Below, in pieces: positions 26,628 to 36,421 of a DNA stretch of 64,000 nt. The stretch is from NCBI GenBank assembly GCA_029855935.1, contig JAGSHN010000017.1, forward strand, positions 1 through 64,000, given 5' to 3'. Position 1 is the first letter of the stretch, and every line of letters begins with the position of its first letter. Below the pieces are notes generated by a model that was not told the origin of the DNA, ran no database searches, and saw only the letters and a program-made list of their open reading frames with translations. The stretch comes from Candidatus Thorarchaeota archaeon (GTDB taxonomy: Archaea; Asgardarchaeota; Thorarchaeia; Thorarchaeales; Thorarchaeaceae). A program made the translations under genes and the position numbers.

Positions 26628-27827
26628 TCAGAGAAGAAACATCAAAGCGCGGAGAAGAGTGCGGGAGGCAATGTCGACCGGTAGCGGGAGCCGGCAACGT
26701 ATAAGTTGTTCCAGCAGCCTGGTCCCAGCCAGACGCATGGTGACCTCCGTGACCGCATCCGTCGTCATCGCCTTGTCGGCAATGTGTCTGATGGACAGGG
26801 CTGTGTAGAGCTCACGGCCGAACTCCTGTTTCCACCCCTTCTCGTAGGCGCTCAGTGGGGTCCCGAACTCAAGATGGTTGACGATACTCTCGGCGGCTAT
26901 CTCACCGCCAATCAGCGCTGTGGGGATGCCACCGCCATTGGAGGCCATCACGTGACCTGCGGCGTCGCCGACAAGCAGTACACCTTCGTCCGAGTATGTT
27001 CGCTCGACGGGTCCATCAACAGGGATGAGTGCACCAATCTGTCGGACTACACGACCGCCCCTCAGACGTCGGGCCACAAAGGTATGGCTCAGGATGAACC
27101 GGTGCAGGTAGCGACGGGGTGGAACGCCCGGAGCGGCAAAGGCGGGGCGCAGCCCAAGTCCCACATTGGCCTCAGAGGGGCCCCTCGGAATCACCCAAGC
27201 GTACCCGCCTGGGGCCACAGAAGAGCCAAAGAACATTTCGACGACAGAGACGTCTGTGTCGACATCCGCAAGAGTCACCGAGGCGGATTGGCTCAGTTGG
27301 CTTGAGGGGTCTTTGTACTCCACCCCGATTGAGCGTGCCACCACTGAGACCGGTCCATCAGCGCCCACGACTACGCGTCCTCTTATCTCGCTGATACCGT
27401 CGGGTGTACGCACCAGGACAGTATTGTCCCTGTTCCTCCTGACAACCGTGTTGCACAGTCTCAGCTCGGCACCAGCATCCTCAGCAACCGTGACGAGAAA
27501 TGGGTCGAACCTCGCGCGGTCGATGATATTGGCGGAGAACCGGAACTCGTAGCGTCGGCCTCGAGGCGAGATGAGTCGGATCGTGCGCGTCCTGTCGAGA
27601 ATAAGGTGGCGTGGGACATCCGTCAGTCTGACGCCTCTTGGCGAGCGGGGGAACAGGTCCCCCATCTCAGATGGAGTGGGTAGCAGCTCGCCACAAAGGA
27701 CAGGCTCGCCGAGGGCTCTCCTTCGCTCAAGAAGGATCGTAGAGAGACCACGTCCTGCTGTACCAGCAGCCACAGTGGCGCCTGCTGGCCCTGCTCCAAC
27801 AACAACGACATCAAACGTCTCAGTCAC
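26628..27827 (-). CDS. Geranylgeranyl reductase family flavoprotein
   Basis: VGAGPAG, GADG, PGGYAWVIP, LVGDAAG, NGGGI. Confidence 0.9.
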   Translation of the reverse strand: MTETFDVVVVGAGPAGATVAAGTAGRGLSTILLERRRALGEPVLCGELLPTPSEMGDLFPRSPRGVRLTDVPRHLILDRTRTIRLISPRGRRYEFRFSANIIDRARFDPFLVTVAEDAGAELRLCNTVVRRNRDNTVLVRTPDGISEIRGRVVVGADGPVSVVARSIGVEYKDPSSQLSQSASVTLADVDTDVSVVEMFFGSSVAPGGYAWVIPRGPSEANVGLGLRPAFAAPGVPPRRYLHRFILSHTFVARRLRGGRVVRQIGALIPVDGPVERTYSDEGVLLVGDAAGHVMASNGGGIPTALIGGEIAAESIVNHLEFGTPLSAYEKGWKQEFGRELYTALSIRHIADKAMTTDAVTEVTMRLAGTRLLEQLIRCRLPLPVDIASRTLLRALMFLL

Positions 27828-27928
27828 CCGGCATGCCTCCGGTCCCTGTGCGAGTCGTCAAAGAGCAGGTCAATATTAGTTATGCTGATTGGGATACGGC
27901 CGCCCAACCGTCGGCGAAGCTCGCCAAC

Positions 27929-30046
27929 ATGAGCACGCAAAGACTAAATGTTCCGACAGGGCACTCCGCTCGGGTCTTCCCTGTGGGGCTGCGGTCGGAG
28001 GCAATACTTTTCGCGCTCCTTGCACTGATTCTCTCATTGGCGGCCGCCAGTCCAATCGTTACGGATGATGCGGTACAGCCGACAACGCCACAGACAGCGG
28101 TCATCGGGGCACAGTCGACACACAGTCCGATAGTGATCTCTTCGGACGAGGACTTCAAGACACAGGGCTGGCCAGGGAACGGCACACGAATGAATCCCTA
28201 TGTCATTGGCAATCTCACAATCTCCTCGAACGATGTCGCACTGTCTGTGAGCGGTACGAGCGTCCATTTCATCATCGCGAACTGCATGTTCCTCAACGAC
28301 GTAGACCCCTCGCTCAGTGGAACGGGAGTCCGCATTGAAAAGGCATCATTCGGCACCATAAGGAACTGTACCTTCGTTGGGTTCGCCACGGCCGTGATGC
28401 TCTCCGAGGCTCGCAGCATTCTCGTTGAGATGGTGGAGGTCACGGGGTGCCTGCTCGCCACGGACATCAGCTTCAGCAGTGACGCCATTGTCAGCGCTTG
28501 CGAGTTCGCCTCAGTCAAGATGGGCGTGTACGTGCTGGCATCAGTGAACGTCACGGTCGATGGATGCAGGGGGGATGCCCCGGCCTCGTTCATCACATCC
28601 TTCTTGTCCGACGACTGTAGCGTCACGAGAAATGTCGTGACCGACCCTAGGGGCGGTATGATTGCGGTCTTCAGCGGCACAGACTGGTTCATCTCGGACA
28701 ATGTCCTCGGGAGAGGAGGACTGTATTTCGCCGGGGGCTCGGACGGCTGGCTGCACACAGTGGTCAACAACACTGTCCTGGGCCGACCAATATTGTTCCT
28801 GACTGACGTGTCTGACACCAGCGTGCCGACAGGAGAGTACGGTCAGGTCATAATGCACAACTCGACGGATGTGAGCCTGATCGGTCTGTCGTTTCAGGAC
28901 ATCAGTGTTCCCGTTGAGATAGGGTTCTGCCACGGTGTGACCATAGACAGAATCAAGATGGACCGCTGTGGCAAGGGACTGTATGTCGAGATGACAACGA
29001 ACATCTCGGTCGTGGACTCTACGTTCGGCGACTGCCTCTTTGCTCTTGATGTTCAGAGCACGATAGGGCTCACGGTAAGCGATACTGTCTTCGCGAGGAA
29101 TGTGAGAAGCATCTTTCTCTCCGTAGTTGACGATGTAGACATAGAGAACTGCGAGTTCGTTGGTAAGTACGATGCCGCAGACGCACTTCAAGACTCTGCC
29201 TCGCAGGGCCGCCCGTTCGCCCTCTCAGCGGTCCAAAGTACTCCTGCGATCGACACTCCACACTTGTACCCCGTCCTGCAGAGCTTCCTGACCAACGCCT
29301 CAATAGGCGCAAACCACTGTTCCGGCCTCTCACTGAGGTACAACAGGATCGTCAACGCGTCGGCAGGAGTCTTGGGTGTAGCTCTGACGAACTTTGAGGT
29401 GCGGAACAACACAATAGTCGGATGCGGTGGCGATGGGGTCCTCCTGAACTACTCGAGCCAGGGCGTCATCGTCTACAACACAATCACTGACAACCAGGGA
29501 TATGGTGTCGTGCTGGACTTCAATAGCGACGGCATCAGAACGTGGGGTAACGTGTTTGCCAGGAACATGAGGGGAAACGCTCGAGATGACCACCAGTACA
29601 ACTCCTGGGATGACGGGGACAAGATGGGAAACTACTGGGACGACTATGATGGTAAGGGACCCTATCTTGTCGACGGTCTCGCAGGAAACATAGACCAGTA
29701 TCCCAGAGCTCTTGACAGTGACGGCGACGGGTTGAGCGACTACGAGGAGAACCACGTGTATGGCACAGACAGCCTCAATCCAGACACAGACGGCGGGGGC
29801 GAAGACGACCTCTCTGAGATAGAGGCCGGAAGAGATCCGTTGGATCCCTCAGACGACTTCCAGTCGTTCTCAATCGAGATTCCTCTGCTACCGCTAGTCG
29901 CTGTCGTGTGTGCCGTGGTGGTCTTGGGGATTGTTGGAGAGTGCATCGCGCTGAGAAGAGCCGCCAATTCGGCTGAGCGCATCAGCCCGTCAGAGCCAGT
30001 CCAGAGTGGGCGTATGAGCAGCGCCTCGGGGAAACAAAAATCCTAA
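27929..30046 (+). CDS. Membrane-anchored right-handed beta-helix (NosD/CASH) surface protein with acidic Ca-binding repeats
   Basis: Signal peptide, GWPGNGTRMNPYVI, PbH1-like repeats, GNYWDDY, DSDGDGLSDYEE/DTDGGGEDD, C-terminal TM. Confidence 0.82.
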   Translation: MSTQRLNVPTGHSARVFPVGLRSEAILFALLALILSLAAASPIVTDDAVQPTTPQTAVIGAQSTHSPIVISSDEDFKTQGWPGNGTRMNPYVIGNLTISSNDVALSVSGTSVHFIIANCMFLNDVDPSLSGTGVRIEKASFGTIRNCTFVGFATAVMLSEARSILVEMVEVTGCLLATDISFSSDAIVSACEFASVKMGVYVLASVNVTVDGCRGDAPASFITSFLSDDCSVTRNVVTDPRGGMIAVFSGTDWFISDNVLGRGGLYFAGGSDGWLHTVVNNTVLGRPILFLTDVSDTSVPTGEYGQVIMHNSTDVSLIGLSFQDISVPVEIGFCHGVTIDRIKMDRCGKGLYVEMTTNISVVDSTFGDCLFALDVQSTIGLTVSDTVFARNVRSIFLSVVDDVDIENCEFVGKYDAADALQDSASQGRPFALSAVQSTPAIDTPHLYPVLQSFLTNASIGANHCSGLSLRYNRIVNASAGVLGVALTNFEVRNNTIVGCGGDGVLLNYSSQGVIVYNTITDNQGYGVVLDFNSDGIRTWGNVFARNMRGNARDDHQYNSWDDGDKMGNYWDDYDGKGPYLVDGLAGNIDQYPRALDSDGDGLSDYEENHVYGTDSLNPDTDGGGEDDLSEIEAGRDPLDPSDDFQSFSIEIPLLPLVAVVCAVVVLGIVGECIALRRAANSAERISPSEPVQSGRMSSASGKQKS

Positions 30047-30081
30047 AAGGTCAAGGCCGAAGGTGCGCGGGGGTTTTCTCA

Positions 30082-32058
30082 GTGAGCGGGTGGCGGTTGA
30101 AACTCGTTCTCATAATGCTTCTTACCCTGAGCCTCTCACTGGCGACCGCCATTTCTCAGGACGGCGTCACCACCGTAGAGAGGACGAGCTACAGACCAAG
30201 CGATGCGATGGAGACTGCACAATCGACGCACGCCCCGATACTGATAACGTCTAACGAAGACTTTGAGGCGCAGGGCTGGCCGGGCAACGGGACGGCAAGC
30301 AACCCCTATGTGATCAGTGGCCTCCACATCGGGACGAGTGAGGTTGCAATCAACATCACCAACACTGATGCCCATTTTGTCATCGAGGACTGTGTCCTCG
30401 TCAATCAGGTCGACAGAACGGACTTGGTCACGGGGATAGGCCTTACGAACATCACCTCGGGCACTATCCGTAACTGCACAACGATAGGATTCACGTGGTC
30501 GATTCTGGCCACAGAGGTGACCGACCTCCTCTGCGGGAACATCGATGCGAGGGACTGCATGCTCCCAGTGGCAATCACATCTGGCAATGACATAGTAGTG
30601 AGGGAGAGCGAATTCACTTCCTGCGACATGGGCGTGTACCTCCTCCAGTCAACCAATGTCACAGTCGAGGAATGCCGAGGTGATGCTCAGTACTTCTTCT
30701 TTGGGTCGAGCCTCTGCAAGGACTGTAACGTCTCAAGAAACGTGGCAACCATTTCTGACAGTGGCCCTATGTTCGACTGTGGCGGCAGGAATGTCCGCTT
30801 TTCCAACAATGCATTGGGCAGGGGTGGGATCATCGTCGGCTTCCAGCAGGACAGCTGGCCGTACGAGATGGTCAACAACACCGTTCTGGGGCGCCCTATT
30901 CTCTACTTGGATGACGCATTGCACGTCAGTGTTCCTCAGGGGGAGTATGGCCAAGTGATAGTTGCGGACTCAGAGTATGTCGAGATTACGGACCTCTCCT
31001 TCTCAGATGTGGACATACCCATCCTGATAGGGCACAGCTATGGCGTGGCTGTGAGCGGAGTCCAAGTCGGCGGGGCGGCTCGCGGCATATACGTTGAAAC
31101 AACAAGAAACCTTTCAATTGTGAACTCCACGTTCGACAGGTGTTTCGTTGGGATTGATATGAGCAACCCGATGATCGCGACAGTCTCTGGGTGCGTCTTC
31201 ATAGACGACTTCACGGGCATCTCAACGAGGTATGACTACCAGAACACCATAGAGCAATGCAACTTCACAGGAGGGTACCCCCTGAGTGAGGGCCCGGAGA
31301 AGTACGAGGACATCGTACCACCCGTCACATCGGGGCCTGCGGCCATCTGGGCCCAGCAGTCGGAACAGCTCGCGGTGAGGTACAACAGGATGAGCAATGC
31401 CTCTGCTGGGCTTGTCGGCGTGAGTCTCAGAGATTTCAACATCCAGGAAAACACAATCTTCGGGTGCAATGGCAGCGGCATTATGTTGAAGTACTCAACT
31501 CAAGGCCTCATTAGATTCAACAACATCACTGACAACAAGGCGTACGGTGTCACCCTCGACAACTTCTGTACCTACGTCAGAATCTGGGGGAACGTCTTCG
31601 CTCGGAACACAATGGGCAACGGGCACGATGACGGAACGTACAACTCATGGGATGATGGAAGGGAGGTAGGCAACAGCTGGGACGACTATGGTGGCGAGGG
31701 GTCCTATCGGGTCCCAGGTACGGGAGCAAGTATTGACTCATACCCGTTCCCAGTCGACAGCGATGGCGACGGGCTGATAGACTATCTCGAGAACAACGTC
31801 TACGGGACGGACCCCCTCAATCCCGACACTGATGGCGGCGGCGAGAACGATCTGGCAGAGATTCAAGCAGGGAAGGACCCGCTGGACCCGTCGGATGACC
31901 TGTTGTCGTACTCCGTGGAGATACCTCTGCTGGAGATGGTCGCCCTCGCGGGCATTGTGGTGACTGTGGTCGTCGCCTTCAGATGGTTCCTCGCGAGCAG
32001 AAGAGCCAGTGGCATAAGCGCCCCTGAGATTGTCGATGGGGCACTGTGGAGCGGTTGA
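30082..32058 (+). CDS. Tandem paralog of the preceding NosD/CASH beta-helix protein
   Basis: GWPGNGTASNPYVI, VNNTVLGRPIL, WGNVFARN, DSDGDGLIDYLE, C-terminal TM. Confidence 0.82.
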   Translation: MSGWRLKLVLIMLLTLSLSLATAISQDGVTTVERTSYRPSDAMETAQSTHAPILITSNEDFEAQGWPGNGTASNPYVISGLHIGTSEVAINITNTDAHFVIEDCVLVNQVDRTDLVTGIGLTNITSGTIRNCTTIGFTWSILATEVTDLLCGNIDARDCMLPVAITSGNDIVVRESEFTSCDMGVYLLQSTNVTVEECRGDAQYFFFGSSLCKDCNVSRNVATISDSGPMFDCGGRNVRFSNNALGRGGIIVGFQQDSWPYEMVNNTVLGRPILYLDDALHVSVPQGEYGQVIVADSEYVEITDLSFSDVDIPILIGHSYGVAVSGVQVGGAARGIYVETTRNLSIVNSTFDRCFVGIDMSNPMIATVSGCVFIDDFTGISTRYDYQNTIEQCNFTGGYPLSEGPEKYEDIVPPVTSGPAAIWAQQSEQLAVRYNRMSNASAGLVGVSLRDFNIQENTIFGCNGSGIMLKYSTQGLIRFNNITDNKAYGVTLDNFCTYVRIWGNVFARNTMGNGHDDGTYNSWDDGREVGNSWDDYGGEGSYRVPGTGASIDSYPFPVDSDGDGLIDYLENNVYGTDPLNPDTDGGGENDLAEIQAGKDPLDPSDDLLSYSVEIPLLEMVALAGIVVTVVVAFRWFLASRRASGISAPEIVDGALWSG

Positions 32059-32118
32059 CACAGCGCCCTCGGGCACGGGGATGTCAGGCAGTGTCCCCCG
32101 TGCCACGTCTCAGGACTT

Positions 32119-32370
32119 TCACACAAGGTAGACCTTGTCGTGAGGCCTGACGCGCTCCATGACCTTGATGGCAATCTCCTGCCCGGGCTCCGCAGACTCG
32201 ATGGGCTTGCGGTCGATCTGCATCGAGGCCACCTGCTGCTCAAAGTTGGTGGTGGCCCCCTCAAATCTCACTCTGTCACCCACCTTTATGGGCTCGACTA
32301 GCTTTATCGCTGCAACGCCAATCTTTCCGAAGTAGTTAGTCACTTCTCCTACAAGCTTCTTCTCCGCCAT
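32119..32370 (-). CDS. Small beta-barrel protein (EF-Tu domain II-like / U32 C-terminal-like)
   Basis: VGEVTNYFGKIGVAAIKL...VGDRV..SMQIDRKPIESAEPGQEIAIKV; start at ATG 32370. Confidence 0.75.
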   Translation of the reverse strand: MAEKKLVGEVTNYFGKIGVAAIKLVEPIKVGDRVRFEGATTNFEQQVASMQIDRKPIESAEPGQEIAIKVMERVRPHDKVYLV

Positions 32371-32598
32371 CTGCCACACCATCCTGTCGTCTTGGTCAGG
32401 CACGGAACATGTGCAGTTCCGGGTCCTGCGTCGACGATGGTCACAGTAGAGAGTCACAACGGGGATATAAAACAATGCGCCCCCTTGCACAATGTCACCA
32501 CAACCCATATCAATCTTCGACATCAATAGGCGTCGTTGACCTCTCGATGTGACTGCCTGGCATCTTGTCCTGAGGCAGAAAGGGTGGTTGGATTGTCT

Positions 32599-33537
32599 GT
32601 GTCCCAAAAGGCTCTGATGAAGTTCTCACAGGAGATTGAGAAGGCCGAGAACGCAGCAAGAATTCGTCTGTTCTCAAAGGCATCCAAACAGTATGAGAAG
32701 CTGGCGGAGAAGGCCAGAGAGCTGCAACCGGAGATTGCCATCGAACTCCAGTTCTACTCGATTCTCTACAGGCTTCTCGACGAGATTGAGGATGGCAAGG
32801 ACCCGATGAAGACCGGGACCGTGAGCGCTCTTCTCAGGCTCACACCGCAGATAGGCGACAGGAGGCTGGTCATGGCCCTTCCGGGCGGCAGATTTGGTGA
32901 GTTCTCCACATTCAGGATACTCAGAGAGCTCAAGGCCATCGAGACCATGGCGATTGGGCTGTCGAGGAATGACCACAATATGCTCAGGCAGGCTGTGGAC
33001 CTGTTTATGAACATCGGAGACGAGATGCTCATCTTCTCAATGTATCTCTCGCCGCTGAAGCGGAGAATCACGGGTCGCAGAGCGGCACTAGAGTGTGAGG
33101 GCTACGCGCAAGTCATAGAGGGAGCTAGGTTTGTCGACGAGGATCCCTCTGCCGCAGCCGAGTACTATATGATGGCAGTGAGAGCGTTCCGCTCAGCCCG
33201 CCTCCATGACAAAGAGGCAATCTACCAGAACACGCTCATCGGTCTGAGAGTGGAGCTCACATGCTGGATCTGCGGCCGCCGCGTGAAGGGAGCCTCTCAC
33301 CTTGTGTGGATGCCGGCACAGGTGAGCAACTACTTTGTGAAGCTGCTGGAGGAGAACAAGGAGGATGTCAGGAGTGTCAAGCCGAACAGGCTCGTGGTGT
33401 GCAAACCGTGCTACACTGCCATATCCAACGAGGCCCTCGCTCAGGCGAGAAAGGAGGCCGCGAGGGTGATGGCAAGAGTGCAGGAGCTAGAACGTCGCCT
33501 GAGACGCTTGGAGTCCACCGTGCACACAATGGGGTGA
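32599..33537 (+). CDS. Helical-repeat hypothetical with C4 zinc finger and C-terminal coiled coil
   Basis: TPR/SNAP-like helices, CWIC...CKPC, RVQELERRLRRLE; start uncertain (GTG 32599). Confidence 0.7.
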   Translation: MSQKALMKFSQEIEKAENAARIRLFSKASKQYEKLAEKARELQPEIAIELQFYSILYRLLDEIEDGKDPMKTGTVSALLRLTPQIGDRRLVMALPGGRFGEFSTFRILRELKAIETMAIGLSRNDHNMLRQAVDLFMNIGDEMLIFSMYLSPLKRRITGRRAALECEGYAQVIEGARFVDEDPSAAAEYYMMAVRAFRSARLHDKEAIYQNTLIGLRVELTCWICGRRVKGASHLVWMPAQVSNYFVKLLEENKEDVRSVKPNRLVVCKPCYTAISNEALAQARKEAARVMARVQELERRLRRLESTVHTMG

Positions 33538-33546
33538 GAGTGAGAG

Positions 33547-35226
33547 ATGGCCGAGGCATACGCATGTGCGGTCTGTGGAGGACCGCTTGAGGTGAAGGCT
33601 AGTGATGATGTCGTCGAGTGTCCCTACTGTGGGTACGTCAACAACGTCTCAAGTCTGAACCAAGACCTGGAGGAGTTCAAGAGAGAGGTACGCTCCTGGC
33701 TTATGGAGATCGGCGTCGCAGGACAGTCAGGCGCTGATCTTGGGATGAGAAGGCTCTACTTCAAGAGAGAGCTCTACCCCGAACTTCTCACTCAGTTCGC
33801 CAACATCGTTGGCAACACCGATGACCTGATGGACTATCCGTTGGTGTATCTCAGCATCTATGCCAAGTTCCCCGACCTGGCGATAAGAAAGAGATGGTCC
33901 ACCGAGCAGGGGAAGCCAATCAAGGACTTTGCACGGAAGCTGGGCTCACCTGAACTCCTCGGCTTCGTGCCAGAGCCGCAGGCCCAGATACAGATCATCC
34001 AGCTAAGGCTTCAGGCCATGATGATACCGATGTTGATGGACATTGTACGTCTCACCGAGGTTCCGACAAAACAGAGTCTTATGAGATGCGCCAACACCCT
34101 CAGGGCTCTCGCCGACGAGATAGGCTCTGCAATGTTGATCGTGTCAACCGACAGGAGCCTGAGTGAGAGGGTTGAGTACTACAACGTTATGGAGGAGCGG
34201 TTCCGTCTTGCCGCCGAGGTGTACGAGAACATTGCGAGATCCGTTGAGACAGGCGAGCCGTTCGAGGAGGACTGGGTCAAGGACACGATGACAAAGCTCA
34301 ACAATCTGAAGAGCAGGCTGGCAGAGTTGAGCGAAGTATCGGTCATCGACAGGGTGCCGATGGAGGCCGGACTGGACGATGATATGGCATCACTGATGAC
34401 GTGGAACGGTATCGTTGCGACGTTCATCAAGCTTGGTGCAAAAGACCTGCCGTCATTCATCCGTGCTCTAGAGAACTTTGCGAATGCGACCTTCTTCAGA
34501 CGTATCGAGCCCAGACCGGGCATTGACCAGACGTGGTACTACGACTTCATTGACAGCAAGAAATTTGCATGGTTTGTGGACTCGCTGAGGATGGCGGTCC
34601 TGGCAAGGGAGATAAAGATCATCGACCCACGAGGAGTCGCGACCGCGGCGCCCTTTATGTATCCATTCTACCTGCTTCACGTGGATGCGATTTTGAAGAC
34701 CGGTATGCTGTGGTGGAAGAAAGGGACTATGGAGAGCTTCTATGTTCTCGTGGACGCGGGCTTCACGGTCTACAGAGGCTTCCCGGCTGGAGACTACCCA
34801 GCCTGTATGACGCCGATAGGAAAGAAGCTGATAGACAAGCCTCTTGAGAAGTCGCTCGAAGCAGTATCGAGAATAGGACCCGTTTCTGTACCTCCGAGGA
34901 CAATTGTCCTGCCTCCTATGGTGAGCCCTCAGGATGCTGTCAACTTTTTCACTGCAGCATACAACTTCCGCGAGGAGGCCGAGTCCGCCAGAGTGGAACA
35001 GGGGCGTATCATCGAGGTCCCCTCTTCTTACAAGAGAAAGGGATTCGACCCGGGAAGAATCAAGGCGGTGATGCCGGAGGTCGTCGGCCTCTACTGGGCC
35101 CCCCTGATGTTCATAAAGGGACACCCGGAGCTGGCGCTCTCGGAGCTCGGCATGGATTCCAAGCTCAAACACAGAGGCGAGCTTGCCAAGATGTTCACCG
35201 CATTTCTGTCACAGGTGAAACAATAG
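33547..35226 (+). CDS. Hypothetical protein with N-terminal zinc ribbon
   Basis: CAVCGG-x11-ECPYCG; 9-nt gap from the upstream gene. Confidence 0.75.
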   Translation: MAEAYACAVCGGPLEVKASDDVVECPYCGYVNNVSSLNQDLEEFKREVRSWLMEIGVAGQSGADLGMRRLYFKRELYPELLTQFANIVGNTDDLMDYPLVYLSIYAKFPDLAIRKRWSTEQGKPIKDFARKLGSPELLGFVPEPQAQIQIIQLRLQAMMIPMLMDIVRLTEVPTKQSLMRCANTLRALADEIGSAMLIVSTDRSLSERVEYYNVMEERFRLAAEVYENIARSVETGEPFEEDWVKDTMTKLNNLKSRLAELSEVSVIDRVPMEAGLDDDMASLMTWNGIVATFIKLGAKDLPSFIRALENFANATFFRRIEPRPGIDQTWYYDFIDSKKFAWFVDSLRMAVLAREIKIIDPRGVATAAPFMYPFYLLHVDAILKTGMLWWKKGTMESFYVLVDAGFTVYRGFPAGDYPACMTPIGKKLIDKPLEKSLEAVSRIGPVSVPPRTIVLPPMVSPQDAVNFFTAAYNFREEAESARVEQGRIIEVPSSYKRKGFDPGRIKAVMPEVVGLYWAPLMFIKGHPELALSELGMDSKLKHRGELAKMFTAFLSQVKQ

Positions 35227-35429
35227 GCTCTGCGGCTCTGAGCCAAGTCCGAGGCGCACACAACCACAAAGGTGGTCCACACGCACGCTCTCGGCTCGGA
35301 TTGTTCGCTTCCGAGTATGCAACAGAAAGAGGCTTATCTCACTGTGTCAGAAATAGGATTGGTGCCGCATGTAGGCTGCCCCTCGGCGTCACCCTCGGCA
35401 CCAAGACCACAGGAACGGAGGTCTACGCA

Positions 35430-35780
35430 ATGAGAATAATGACCTTCAGCGGATCGACTGTCGCGTACATCGAGAGTGGCACAATCTTGAGTTCCTCAAG
35501 GAGCACACTTGGTAGAATCTCTGGCGGAACGGTCACTAATTCCTCAGGCAACACGCTCGGCCGCGTGAGAGACGGCTATGTGACCGATTTCTCGGGCAGC
35601 ACCATTGCACGGTACACCGACTCCGGGCTGATGACATACGGTGGTTCTACTCAGTTCCGGTTCAGCGACGATAGCATAATGAGGTTCAGCGGCTCGACGC
35701 TCTACAGGACAGATGACGACATCTCCAGACACCTTGAGGCCGTGGTCGCGTGGCTGGTGTTCTTCTCAGGTGAGTGGTAG
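35430..35780 (+). CDS. Small beta-repeat protein (beta-flower-like)
   Basis: About six 16-aa repeats starting SGSTVAY/SRSTLGR/SGNTLGR/SGSTIAR/GGSTQFR/SGSTLYR, then a hydrophobic C-terminal helix. Confidence 0.6.
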   Translation: MRIMTFSGSTVAYIESGTILSSSRSTLGRISGGTVTNSSGNTLGRVRDGYVTDFSGSTIARYTDSGLMTYGGSTQFRFSDDSIMRFSGSTLYRTDDDISRHLEAVVAWLVFFSGEW

Positions 35781-35897
35781 CCCGTACGGCTGCATAGTAG
35801 CCTCGCACAGAGCGGCGTGACCCCGCGACCCCAGCTGAGAAAAACAAGACAACGCACGCCACTGTGAAAAAGGCGAGGCTCACAGGTCGAGCGCTGA

Positions 35898-36194
35898 GAA
35901 GTCCAGTGCGCTGTTGACGGCCTGCTCAATCCTCTCGATGTTCCTTCTGTCCTTGGGGTGCACAGAGCCGATGAGCCCATCGACATCGAGAATCGGCCCG
36001 AGCAAGACCACGTCGTCACAGTGCTATCCGAGAGAATCTCGCTCATCCTCGCTCGGTCAACTGAGATGTTCACGGACATGGTCGTGGAGAAACTTGGCGG
36101 AAGGAGCGCCCTCGATGCCATTGAAACTCTCAACTACGACGAGATGGATGCTCTTGTCCACAAGGCGTTCCCATTTCTGAGAGCAAGAACGTGA
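35898..36194 (+). pseudogene. Probable gene remnant (C-terminal half of a longin-like domain) or small ORF
   Basis: Coding-like frame ending DALVHKAFPFLRART; upstream in-frame TGAs at 35865 and 35895; no ATG start. Confidence 0.35.
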
Positions 36195-36421
36195 CCACAG
36201 CACCGGAAGGCATTCACACTCCAGAATCACTGCCCTTCTCTTCCATAGCGATTTGGGCTATGGTCAATCGCGATCCCTACCGTGGTTCAGGCGCTTCAGA
36301 CGATACAGAGTCGGCCAGTCTTCGAACGGCAAATCGACAGAAAGAAAAGCTGAGTTCTCTCTATTCACGCCAACAGACGAGAAGAGCCACAGAGAAAGAA
36401 CAGGAGAATGAGTAGGTCCCA

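Noticed and set aside
27929-32058. Diversity-generating retroelement template/variable repeat pair
   Set aside because: Differences between the paralogs are not adenine-specific and there is no reverse transcriptase.
35865-35897. Selenocysteine read-through extending the 35958 ORF
   Set aside because: Two in-frame TGAs in non-redox contexts, no upstream start and no SECIS seen.
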